From an uncultured Desulfobacter sp. (GTDB lineage: Bacteria; Desulfobacterota; Desulfobacteria; Desulfobacterales; Desulfobacteraceae): a DNA stretch of 64,000 nucleotides. The position numbers and the translations under genes are program-made. Positions 42,234 through 50,935 of this stretch are shown piece after piece. The notes below the pieces were generated by a model. The model worked only from the letters and a program-made list of their open reading frames with translations. It was not told the origin of the DNA and did not search any database. The stretch's first letter is position 1, and each line of letters starts with the position of its first letter. The stretch covers positions 4,960,001 to 5,024,000 of the forward strand of contig OY762069.1 in assembly GCA_963665095.1 (NCBI GenBank), read 5' to 3'.

Positions 42234-42941
42234 ATGAAGCTGCCTTACCAGCAGTCATATCTGCTCCAGGGCGCCCTTGGCGCCATGCTGGTCAACCTGC
42301 TGCTTTTTGGCCTTTTGCCCGGACTCATTCATATGGAAACCCGGGGGGGGGATCTTGAAAGCCTGAATGCAGTGACTTTTACCCGGATTAAACCGGCGCT
42401 GATGGCGCCGGATCCATCCCCGAAAAAAGAGGAAAAAAAGGAAGAAAAGAAACCGGAAAAGATTCATAAAATCGTTCACCATGAAAAGATGACAGTGCCC
42501 AGAAAACAGCTGAAGATGAAAATGCCCCAGGTGGACCTGAACATTGATCCCCGGCTGTCAGACGGCATTCCCATGATTGCACCGGCAAAAGAGCCGCCTG
42601 TGGCCGCACCTGTTGCCGGTACAGCGGACGGGCCTGATTTTGATGCTGTTATGGACCAGGGGGCGGTGGATGTGGTTCCGGTGCCTAAGTTCAAGGCAGC
42701 ACCGCGCTATCCTTACCGGGCCAAGCGCATGGGCCGGGAAGGCACAGTTAAAATAGGTTTTCTGGTGGATAAGGACGGGAATGTCTCAGATATTAAGATC
42801 CTGGAGGCCAACCCTTCGGGGTTCTTTGAGGAAGCGGTCCTTGATGCGGTGTCATCATGGAAATATGCACCTGGAGAACTCATGGGCAGAAAAGTGGCCA
42901 CCCGGGTCACCACCTCTGTGGTCTTTAAACTGGAGAGATAA
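42234..42941 (+). CDS. tonB: TonB energy transducer
   Basis: N-terminal TM, Pro/Lys/Glu-rich spacer, PRYPYRAKRMGREGTV. Confidence 0.95.
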   Translation: MKLPYQQSYLLQGALGAMLVNLLLFGLLPGLIHMETRGGDLESLNAVTFTRIKPALMAPDPSPKKEEKKEEKKPEKIHKIVHHEKMTVPRKQLKMKMPQVDLNIDPRLSDGIPMIAPAKEPPVAAPVAGTADGPDFDAVMDQGAVDVVPVPKFKAAPRYPYRAKRMGREGTVKIGFLVDKDGNVSDIKILEANPSGFFEEAVLDAVSSWKYAPGELMGRKVATRVTTSVVFKLER

Positions 42942-42943
42942 AT

Positions 42944-44137
42944 ATGGCTGGATATCGTTTTTTGTTTTCCATGATGGTGATCTTTAGCTGTCTTACGCCT
43001 GCGGCGGCCCAGACACCGGCACCATCATGTCCGGATGAACAGACCCTGACCCTGGGGGCAAGAACCGCTCTGGTCAAGGCCCAGAACTTTATGACAGAGA
43101 AAAAGATGCCCCAGGCTGCCCAGGCCCTGGAGGCTTTTATCCGTGAGCATCCGGATGAGAATCATGCCTATGTCGCCTATACACTTGGCTGCCTCTACCT
43201 GGAACTGGACCGGGCCGCAGATGCCTTAATCCAGTTTGAAAAGACCGCTGACCTTTGTCCGGCCTATGCCCCTGCCTGGCAGAATCTGGCCAAGGTCTGT
43301 TTTGATTTGAGACAATACAGCCGGGCCGGCATGGCCCTGGAAAAGTCATGGGACCTGACCGGGCGCAGCAACCATATGCTGTATTTTCAGGCGGCCGTGG
43401 CCCATATCTCAGCGAAAACACCGGAAAAGGCCCTGCCGGTGCTGGCATTTTTGTGTTCAGGCCGGGCCGGTGCTCCCAAAGAGAACTGGGTAACGCTGTA
43501 CGTCCAGACCGCCATTGAGCAAAAGCGGTCAAAGCGGGCGGTGAAAACAGTGGAACAGCTTCTGACTCAACCGGAGCCGGCCCCCTTTCTGTTTCGCCTG
43601 GCAACGGTTCTCTACCTGGAAATACCTGATTACAGGAAAGCGGCCCAGAATCTTGAAGCCTATGGGCTGGTCACGGCGTTGCAGCGGGATGAACAGAAAC
43701 TGCTGGCCGATCTTTATGCGAATTTGGGCATCCCGGCAAAGGCGGCCCAGAATTACGAAAAGGTGATTGCCATAAAACCCTGCTGCACCATCTTTGAACA
43801 GACCGCCTCCTGCTGGTTTGAGGCCTGCGAGTATGACAAAGCCCTTGATGCCGCTGAAAAGGGCCTTGCTGCATATCCTGAGTCAAAGCGGCTGTGGCAG
43901 GTCAAAGGCTGGGTGCATTATGAGAAACAGGATTTCAGCCCCGCTGCCCGGGCCTTTGGAAAAGCCTGTGCCCTGGACAGCAGGGATATAAACACCCTGT
44001 TTCTGCACGGCCTTTGTGCCTGCCGGGCCGGAGACCGGGATTCCGCCAGAAAAGCGCTGACACGGGCGGCCTGCCATAATCGTTACAAGACCCGGGCCCT
44101 GGCGCTTATCCATGAGATGGAAAGCGGAAATATATAG
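42944..44137 (+). CDS. TPR-repeat periplasmic protein (TtpD-like)
   Basis: Signal peptide, multiple TPR motifs; last gene of the TonB operon. Confidence 0.88.
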   Translation: MAGYRFLFSMMVIFSCLTPAAAQTPAPSCPDEQTLTLGARTALVKAQNFMTEKKMPQAAQALEAFIREHPDENHAYVAYTLGCLYLELDRAADALIQFEKTADLCPAYAPAWQNLAKVCFDLRQYSRAGMALEKSWDLTGRSNHMLYFQAAVAHISAKTPEKALPVLAFLCSGRAGAPKENWVTLYVQTAIEQKRSKRAVKTVEQLLTQPEPAPFLFRLATVLYLEIPDYRKAAQNLEAYGLVTALQRDEQKLLADLYANLGIPAKAAQNYEKVIAIKPCCTIFEQTASCWFEACEYDKALDAAEKGLAAYPESKRLWQVKGWVHYEKQDFSPAARAFGKACALDSRDINTLFLHGLCACRAGDRDSARKALTRAACHNRYKTRALALIHEMESGNI

Positions 44138-44156
44138 TAGGGCGGTGTCACATTGG

Positions 44157-45689
44157 TTATCCTGTTTTTTGTGCCGCTTTCCGGCGGTCCCTTTTCCGGC
44201 GGTCCATGGCCGCTGCCAGGCTGGAGAACTGCTGATTGAGCAGAATGGCACCGATAGCCACAGCCAGGGTTTTGGCAATGGATTCCAGAAAGTCGGTTTG
44301 CAGCCTGGAAAAGTTTTCCAGGCTGCCTAATTCAAGGACGCCCACAACCTGTTCCTCATTGATCAGGGGGATAATCAGCAGGCAGCGGGGCAGGCCCATG
44401 ACAAATGAGGATTCAATGTGAATATAATCATCCGGCACATCCGTGATTAATATGCTCTTTTGCTGGTGAACCGCCTGACCTGCAATTCCTTCTCCGGATT
44501 TGAAACTGGTGGCAAAGGCCTTTCCCCGTTTCAGGGCATGGACGGCAGTCAGGGTATATTCTTTTGTTTCATCATCCAGAATAAAAATAGTGCCGATAAC
44601 AGCCTGGCAGTATTCGGCAATGAACTGCAGGGCCTGGCTGGTCATATGGTACATGTTCTGTTTACCTGTGACAATCCGGCTCAGTTCCGTCACCCCGGTT
44701 TTAAACCAGTTCTGATCCGCCCGTTCAATTTCCACCATCTCAAGGGTCTGCAGCACATCATTCAGTGACAGGGCCAAATCGTCATACTCTGATTCGGGTG
44801 TGATTCTATAGCTGAAATTTTTATTTTCCACGGCATCCTGGAGGCTGTTAAAGAGTTTTCGAAACCTTGATACACTTTGCTCCATCTGTTTTTTGAGAAA
44901 TTCCTCCTCTTTTTCCTTAATTTTTATTTTATCAATGGATTCGACCAGCCCGCTGAAAAGAGCATTGATCTCCTTTGTCAGCCGGATAAGCACATAGAAC
45001 ATGCAGCACAGGGCCGTCGCTGCCAGGATGATATTGGATACAGTCAGCGGTATGGGAAGCACCCGTCCCATGGACTGGGCCATCCCCACCCAGCTGTTCA
45101 CCGTAACAAAAAGCATGACGGTTCCAGACAAAAGGCCGGCCACCATAATCAATATCTTCAGGGAGAGGGGTTTTACATCAATGAATTCCGGATGGAGGGA
45201 ATGAAAGTATTCTTCAGTTTTCGTAAATATTTCTGTGAGAAGAACGCTTCCCATCAACGCCCCGAAAGCGATCATGCCTACGGGGGCATAAATGGAAATA
45301 TATTTCATCTCCATATCAAACAGCAGTTCAAATCCCAGAAGTGCTACGCAGATCTGCCAGCAGGAGATGAGAAAGAAGTTGATAAAGGTTCTGATAAAAT
45401 GCCTGGCCAGCAGTTTACCTGCTTCTGTATTATCCGTATATTCCTTAAGCCCCTTGTCAAAGCGAGCCCAGGTCCTGTACTGGATAATCGTTCCGAATAC
45501 CAGGATTGATGAAAGCAGAATGAAAAAGCGAATGTCCGTAACAATTCCGGTGACCTCTTTGCCGGTGAACAGCCCTGTCATGTAGGCAAACGGCGCTAAT
45601 AAAAACTGGATGGCAACGGGGTGGATAAGGGAAAGAATGATCGTATCTTTATACGCTTGTCTGCCAAGCTCTTCCGATGTCGCAGCCAT
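44157..45689 (-). CDS. Multi-TM sensor with HAMP-like and GAF domains and no output domain
   Basis: About 6 TMs; QNWFKTG..GEGIAGQA..PDDYIHIESS..GVLELGS; ends ~25 aa after the GAF; GGAAGGAG RBS before ATG 45689. Confidence 0.85.
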   Translation of the reverse strand: MAATSEELGRQAYKDTIILSLIHPVAIQFLLAPFAYMTGLFTGKEVTGIVTDIRFFILLSSILVFGTIIQYRTWARFDKGLKEYTDNTEAGKLLARHFIRTFINFFLISCWQICVALLGFELLFDMEMKYISIYAPVGMIAFGALMGSVLLTEIFTKTEEYFHSLHPEFIDVKPLSLKILIMVAGLLSGTVMLFVTVNSWVGMAQSMGRVLPIPLTVSNIILAATALCCMFYVLIRLTKEINALFSGLVESIDKIKIKEKEEEFLKKQMEQSVSRFRKLFNSLQDAVENKNFSYRITPESEYDDLALSLNDVLQTLEMVEIERADQNWFKTGVTELSRIVTGKQNMYHMTSQALQFIAEYCQAVIGTIFILDDETKEYTLTAVHALKRGKAFATSFKSGEGIAGQAVHQQKSILITDVPDDYIHIESSFVMGLPRCLLIIPLINEEQVVGVLELGSLENFSRLQTDFLESIAKTLAVAIGAILLNQQFSSLAAAMDRRKRDRRKAAQKTG

Positions 45690-45788
45690 AACCTGGCTCT
45701 CCTTCCAGATAGATTGGCCCCATAGCGGCCAGGGCCGGTAAATGATGGGCAAAGGGCGTTGCTGTAAGTTTAATTCAGGCCGAAAGAT

Positions 45789-48254
45789 TCAGGTAGTTGT
45801 AACTGCCTGCCTTTTTAAGTCAAAGTAAAATTTCACCGCAAGGGAAAGGGATGCAAGCTTTGACCGGGTTGAATCGCCCCTTGAGGTCAGAATCAGCGGC
45901 ATGTCCCCGCATAAAATAACACCGGCCAGGGCAGCGCCTGACTGGGTGGTCAGGGTCTTCCACAGGATGTTGCCTGCATCAATGTCCGGCAGGATCAGGA
46001 CATCGGCATTCCCCTGGATTTTCCCCGTGTAATGCTTTTCCTGGGCAATGGCCGGGTCCATGGCCACATCCAGGGATAAGGGACCCTCCACGATGCAGTC
46101 GTCCCGGTGGGCGAACCCTGCTGCGATCCGTTCGGCCTCAATGGAACTGTCAACGCTTTGATTTACATTTTCAACCGCAGAGACCACGGCGACTTTTGGT
46201 ACTTTGATATTCAGGTTATGCACTACTTTTAATGCATTTTCAAGGATGGCCACCCGTTTTTGTTCATCCGGGTAGGTGTTCAGCGCACCGTCTGAGAAGG
46301 CCAGAAGTTTGTTTCTGGTGGGAATATCCACAATGGCGGTGTGGCTCATCACCTGACCTTTTATGAGGCGTCCGGTTTTTTTCAGGTACCGTATAACCCC
46401 CCGCAGCAGGTCTTCGGTGTGAATGAGCCCTTTCATCAGAATATCCACCCTGCCCTGGTCCAGCAGCTCCACGGCGTCTTCAATGGGATTTTCCGTATCC
46501 ACAATGGTGTAGTTTTCATTGTCAATGACCAGATCGTACTCATAGGCGATCTGGCTGATCTCCTGGAAATCGCCGAGCAGCACAAACCGGGCAATGCGGA
46601 ACTGGCCCTCTTCATTGGCTTTTTTGGCGGCCTGGATTGCTTCTTCGTTATTGGCGCCCACAATGGCAATGGTGGGCGCGTAATTCTCCTTGACCGTGAG
46701 GTAGGCGGCATCAATGATGTCGTCCATGGTGGTCAGAGGCGCGCCTTTTTTCTTGAACCGGATTTCGCGCTTGAAAACCGGCGTGTCAATCAGTTCATCC
46801 TCTTCGTGTCTTTTTTTGCGCAAAGCGTCCCGTTCGGTTTCGTAATCCTTGAGCATCTCAGGGGCAAAAAATCCCTGGATCTGGCCGGCTGCCAGGGCCT
46901 CATGTTCAAAATAGCCGGGCATGACAACCACAGGATAGCGCCCGGCAATATTGTGCCGGACCCGGCGCATCATGTCCGGGTTGCCGGCAAGTCCGCCCGT
47001 GATTGCCAGCACCTTGACGTCCGCCCCGTCCGCTGTGAGTTTAAGTATGCCGCCGGCGATATGTCTGGCAAAAAAGTCCTGGACCAGCCCGATTTTTTTA
47101 CGCTGCACAGGGGTGGCGCCCTGGCGCAGAAATCCGATCATGGCGTTGAAATCATTGGTGCCCGCCAGTGACATAAGGCCGCCGCGGCCATTCAGGGCCT
47201 GCTCCAGATCCCTGATGGAGATATCCTTGTCCTTGATGGCCCGGAACACCCGGTCAATATCCACCGCACCGCTGCGGCTGGTGGATGCAATGCCGGAATA
47301 GGCATCTATGAGCATGGAGACCTTTCCCTGTCTGTGGGCAGCCAGAGAGGTGCCCCCGCCCACATGGGCGGTGACGGCATTGAGTTGTGCCGGGTTCTGG
47401 TTCATCAGCGAGGCCACTATCCGCCATGCGGCCTTGTGGCTCAGGTAGTGGCCGCCGGCACCGTTGCGTTTGACCTTCACAAAACCGGTGATCCGGTCCA
47501 CCAGATCCATTTCATCACACACAAAGGGATCCGTGGTGGTCAGCAGCAGATCTTTCTGGCTGCCTGCGATGCCGGCCAGTTTCATGCCCATGGAGATGCC
47601 CATGTTGCTGGCATGGTCCCGCAGGGGATGGTCAGTCAGATCCCGGACCATCTCCGGATCCACCCGGTAGGTGCCGCCGGGGATGGGTTGGAGAAACCCC
47701 CCCTGGCAGGCAATGCCGTCAAGTGAGGGCAGCTCAATACCGGCCTGTTTCAGGCGGGACGCCACAGCCCTCACCCGGTTTGCCGTACTGTCCTCTTCAT
47801 CCGGCAGCAGGTGGATTTCAAAATGGAGGATCTCTTCCAGGCCCTGGTATACAGCGCCTCTGGTGGATACGGTGCCGGGATTGAGCAGCAGAAATCGTCT
47901 GTTTTCCCGCCTGGCCTCATCTGCAAGGGGTGCCCCTAAAAGTCGTCGCAGCACAGCTGTCTTATCCTGGCTGTTACGCTCCATGGCAAGCATCAGGGTC
48001 AGTGCCCTGCCGGCAATGCCATTGATACGGGCCGAGGGCGTTGATCTGAGCAGCACATCAATGACCGATGCCAGTTCCCCCTGTACCATTGCCGGATCCA
48101 ATGCGCCGGGGTGGCTCTTCATCAATGTTTCAAGTTCGGTCAGCCATGTGTCGCTGGCCACAGCAAGCTGCCGCTCAAACGCAGACATGGAAACACTGAT
48201 TTTGCCGATCTCAGCGATGGTTTCTACTACTTTTTTATGAAGTCCCGCACTCAC
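45789..48254 (-). CDS. Butyrate kinase - phosphate butyryltransferase fusion with N-terminal extension
   Basis: Buk motifs LNPGTVST, GGTY, HASNMG, AHVGGG, GTND, TGGLA; Ptb motifs LMKG, GPLSLD, GNADVLILPDIDAGN, LTSRGDS; single ORF. Confidence 0.9.
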   Translation of the reverse strand: MSAGLHKKVVETIAEIGKISVSMSAFERQLAVASDTWLTELETLMKSHPGALDPAMVQGELASVIDVLLRSTPSARINGIAGRALTLMLAMERNSQDKTAVLRRLLGAPLADEARRENRRFLLLNPGTVSTRGAVYQGLEEILHFEIHLLPDEEDSTANRVRAVASRLKQAGIELPSLDGIACQGGFLQPIPGGTYRVDPEMVRDLTDHPLRDHASNMGISMGMKLAGIAGSQKDLLLTTTDPFVCDEMDLVDRITGFVKVKRNGAGGHYLSHKAAWRIVASLMNQNPAQLNAVTAHVGGGTSLAAHRQGKVSMLIDAYSGIASTSRSGAVDIDRVFRAIKDKDISIRDLEQALNGRGGLMSLAGTNDFNAMIGFLRQGATPVQRKKIGLVQDFFARHIAGGILKLTADGADVKVLAITGGLAGNPDMMRRVRHNIAGRYPVVVMPGYFEHEALAAGQIQGFFAPEMLKDYETERDALRKKRHEEDELIDTPVFKREIRFKKKGAPLTTMDDIIDAAYLTVKENYAPTIAIVGANNEEAIQAAKKANEEGQFRIARFVLLGDFQEISQIAYEYDLVIDNENYTIVDTENPIEDAVELLDQGRVDILMKGLIHTEDLLRGVIRYLKKTGRLIKGQVMSHTAIVDIPTRNKLLAFSDGALNTYPDEQKRVAILENALKVVHNLNIKVPKVAVVSAVENVNQSVDSSIEAERIAAGFAHRDDCIVEGPLSLDVAMDPAIAQEKHYTGKIQGNADVLILPDIDAGNILWKTLTTQSGAALAGVILCGDMPLILTSRGDSTRSKLASLSLAVKFYFDLKRQAVTTT

Positions 48255-48275
48255 TTTTTAATACTTTCCTTTTAC

Positions 48276-50141
48276 TTAGACGCCTGTCTGGTTTCCGGCT
48301 GTGCTTTGGGGCGCATCAACACTGTCAGAAACATTGTCGGAGGCGATGCGCCGCAGCTGGGTCCTGAACAGTTTGCCTGTGGCTGTTCTGGGAAGCTGAT
48401 CGGTGAATATTATCTTTTCAGGCACTGCAAAATGGCCGATTTTTTCTGCAATATGGGTGTTGATTTGTGTGATATAGCGCTCTTTATTCTCAACATGGCC
48501 CCTGGCCACCACAAAGAGCACCGCGTCCTGCCCGGCCGGTCCGGAGCCACTGATAATAGCGGCTTCATCAATAAACATAAGGGATGACAGCACGGTTTCG
48601 ATTAAAGAGGCGCCCAGGGTCTGGCCCTTGACCTTGATCACGTCATCCAGCCGGCCCATGAACCAGAAAAAACCGTTTTTGTCCGACCGGACCCCGTCGT
48701 AGGTGAGGAAGTGCCCTGGAAACCGGGAAAAATATGTCTTCTTAAAATGTTTTGATGTGCCAAAGGTGGCCTTTGCCATGGCCGGCCAGGATTTATCAAA
48801 CACCAGATTGCCGCTGATGTTGGTTTTGCAGGCCTCACCAAAATCGCTCATGATTAAGGGCTCGACACCGGGGGCGCCAAATCCAAGCGAGCCGGGCCGG
48901 TTCAGTTCAGGGGTGGGATATGCGTGCAGGAGCGCTGTGCCGCTTTTGGCCTGCACCCACATGTTGACCACCCGTTCCGGGGCCTCCACCAGGGTTTCCC
49001 CGGCATAGCTGACCAGCCGGGGAGGCAGCGCGTCACTGCAGCAGGCAAGGATGGAGAACCGCCGCTCTGTGTTGAGCCGGCCGCTCCCCAGTTGATCCCG
49101 TATGTCTGATATCAGGGACGGCCGGCAGAGCATGGCCGGGTTGCTGTGCTCATGTAAAATGGTTTCAAGGGTGCCGGTATCAACGGCCTCTTCATTTGGT
49201 CTGTTTTCAATGAAGATAATACCGGTGCCGTTTGTTAAGGGTCCCCACAGCCCGTAGGCATGGGCCGGAGCTTTGGAGATGTCCAGGGTGTTGACGATCA
49301 TTTCCGGCTGGTCCAGGGTCAGTGTCTGATGAAAAATAGCATCAAAGGAGGCATGGGCCTGGACCAGAAATCCTGCCGTGGAAAAAACAGAACCCACATG
49401 TTTGTTGCCGGCCAGACGATTTTCATAGATGGCAAACAGGGGCAGATCTGCCGGTGGAGAGGCAGGGGCCAGGCCTGTGGGATCAGCATTTGCCGTGTAT
49501 GCTTCCAGGGTGTCAAGTCCCTCAAGTGCTCCGCCGGCTATGATCAGTGGGTGTGACGGGAGCAGGCGGTGAACACGTCTTGCATGGTCTGCGTCTTCTT
49601 TAAATGCAGCCCGGTTACCCATAATCACAAGTTTGCTACGCGATGCGGTGACATCTTCGGCCACAACCGAAGCCGGCAGGTGGCGCCCCACAGGCAGATA
49701 GGTGATACCAAGCCAGGCGGCGGCCAGCGCACAGATGACAAATTCAGGTCCACCGGCAAGGTTTAATGCAATGCAGTCTCCTGTTAAGAGGCCATTCTGG
49801 CGAAAAGCGGCTGCCAGTATTAACGCCTTTTCCTTCAGTTCATTGAAGCTCAGGCAGGTCTTTGTACCTGACTGGTGATAACAGATCAGGGCCTTTTTTC
49901 CCCCCAGGCCTTTTTCAATGATCCTGTGAAGGGCATTTTCAGCCGCATTGATCCGGCCGTCACAGAACCAGGATGCCCTGGGTATGGATAAATCCTCCTG
50001 AACAACACAGGTAAAATCATTCTGCCATTGCAGTTGCCTGGCCTGGCCGGCCCAGAACTGCTCACGGTGGTCAAGGGTCTGTCTGTGAAATCGGCAAAAC
50101 GCATCAAGACGCGCAGGTATGTTATGACTAAGGTCTTCCAT
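48276..50141 (-). CDS. Acetyl-CoA synthetase-like protein with degenerate adenylation motifs
   Basis: ACAS N-terminus (FWAGQA..WFCDGRINA), GRLDDVI, LPRTATGK; P-loop replaced by YENRLAGNKHVG. Confidence 0.88.
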   Translation of the reverse strand: MEDLSHNIPARLDAFCRFHRQTLDHREQFWAGQARQLQWQNDFTCVVQEDLSIPRASWFCDGRINAAENALHRIIEKGLGGKKALICYHQSGTKTCLSFNELKEKALILAAAFRQNGLLTGDCIALNLAGGPEFVICALAAAWLGITYLPVGRHLPASVVAEDVTASRSKLVIMGNRAAFKEDADHARRVHRLLPSHPLIIAGGALEGLDTLEAYTANADPTGLAPASPPADLPLFAIYENRLAGNKHVGSVFSTAGFLVQAHASFDAIFHQTLTLDQPEMIVNTLDISKAPAHAYGLWGPLTNGTGIIFIENRPNEEAVDTGTLETILHEHSNPAMLCRPSLISDIRDQLGSGRLNTERRFSILACCSDALPPRLVSYAGETLVEAPERVVNMWVQAKSGTALLHAYPTPELNRPGSLGFGAPGVEPLIMSDFGEACKTNISGNLVFDKSWPAMAKATFGTSKHFKKTYFSRFPGHFLTYDGVRSDKNGFFWFMGRLDDVIKVKGQTLGASLIETVLSSLMFIDEAAIISGSGPAGQDAVLFVVARGHVENKERYITQINTHIAEKIGHFAVPEKIIFTDQLPRTATGKLFRTQLRRIASDNVSDSVDAPQSTAGNQTGV

Positions 50142-50347
50142 GGTATAGCCCCCGGATCAATCCAATCAATGAGCCTTATTATCTGTTTTGGGTTACTCAT
50201 TTGCCAAACGTACCGGCAACATTGTCTGTTAGATTAAATACCCCCCCAATAAGTGTCAACAGGAAACCCAAAGATATTTCCCCTCTAATGGTGTTTCGTA
50301 AGACATGAGTTGACTTTTTTGAAATTTATTTTTAAAATATTTACTTA

Positions 50348-50731
50348 ATGAAACAAAATGCGACAAGATATGATACGAATCGAAAAATCAGGCAGGTTCT
50401 TGTCAGTCACAGTACAGACCTCAGCCATCTCTTTTTCTCATTTTCCGGAAAAACTGCCCGGTTTTCAGGGCGTTTCTTAAAGACATCCGGGCGTGAGATG
50501 AAATTTGAAGAGGTGGAGGCCCTGTGCAAAAAACTGACAAGTCTTTCAGCGGTTCGGTTTCTCAGCTTTGACATGGAAGACTGGGTAATTTCTGCCGGCC
50601 TGGGGTCAATGGATATTGTCAAGAAATCAGCCGTCTCTTCTGCTGCTGCCCAGGAAACAAGAAAAAACCTTCATATTAATTCTCCGGAACTGGTTGATGA
50701 CGTTCTCAGTGACCAGTTCGGGGAGAACTGA
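50348..50731 (+). CDS. Hypothetical protein
   Basis: 127-aa ORF with ATG start upstream of the hybrid kinase; no recognised motif. Confidence 0.7.
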   Translation: MKQNATRYDTNRKIRQVLVSHSTDLSHLFFSFSGKTARFSGRFLKTSGREMKFEEVEALCKKLTSLSAVRFLSFDMEDWVISAGLGSMDIVKKSAVSSAAAQETRKNLHINSPELVDDVLSDQFGEN

Positions 50732-50935
50732 ATTCGTTGATTTTTTAATTAAAAAAAATTCAGGTTATATACGATTTCTTTCAATAATCCGGATGCGGCG
50801 TAACGGCCGGATCTCTTGGCATTCTGTTATGGAGCCAAACCGGATTTTTATTAAAAGGCTTGACGAAAAAAATGGTAAGGAAGTATCTTCTGAAAAGAAT
50901 CATGTCTGTTTTTCACTGTTAAAGAGGGAAGATCA

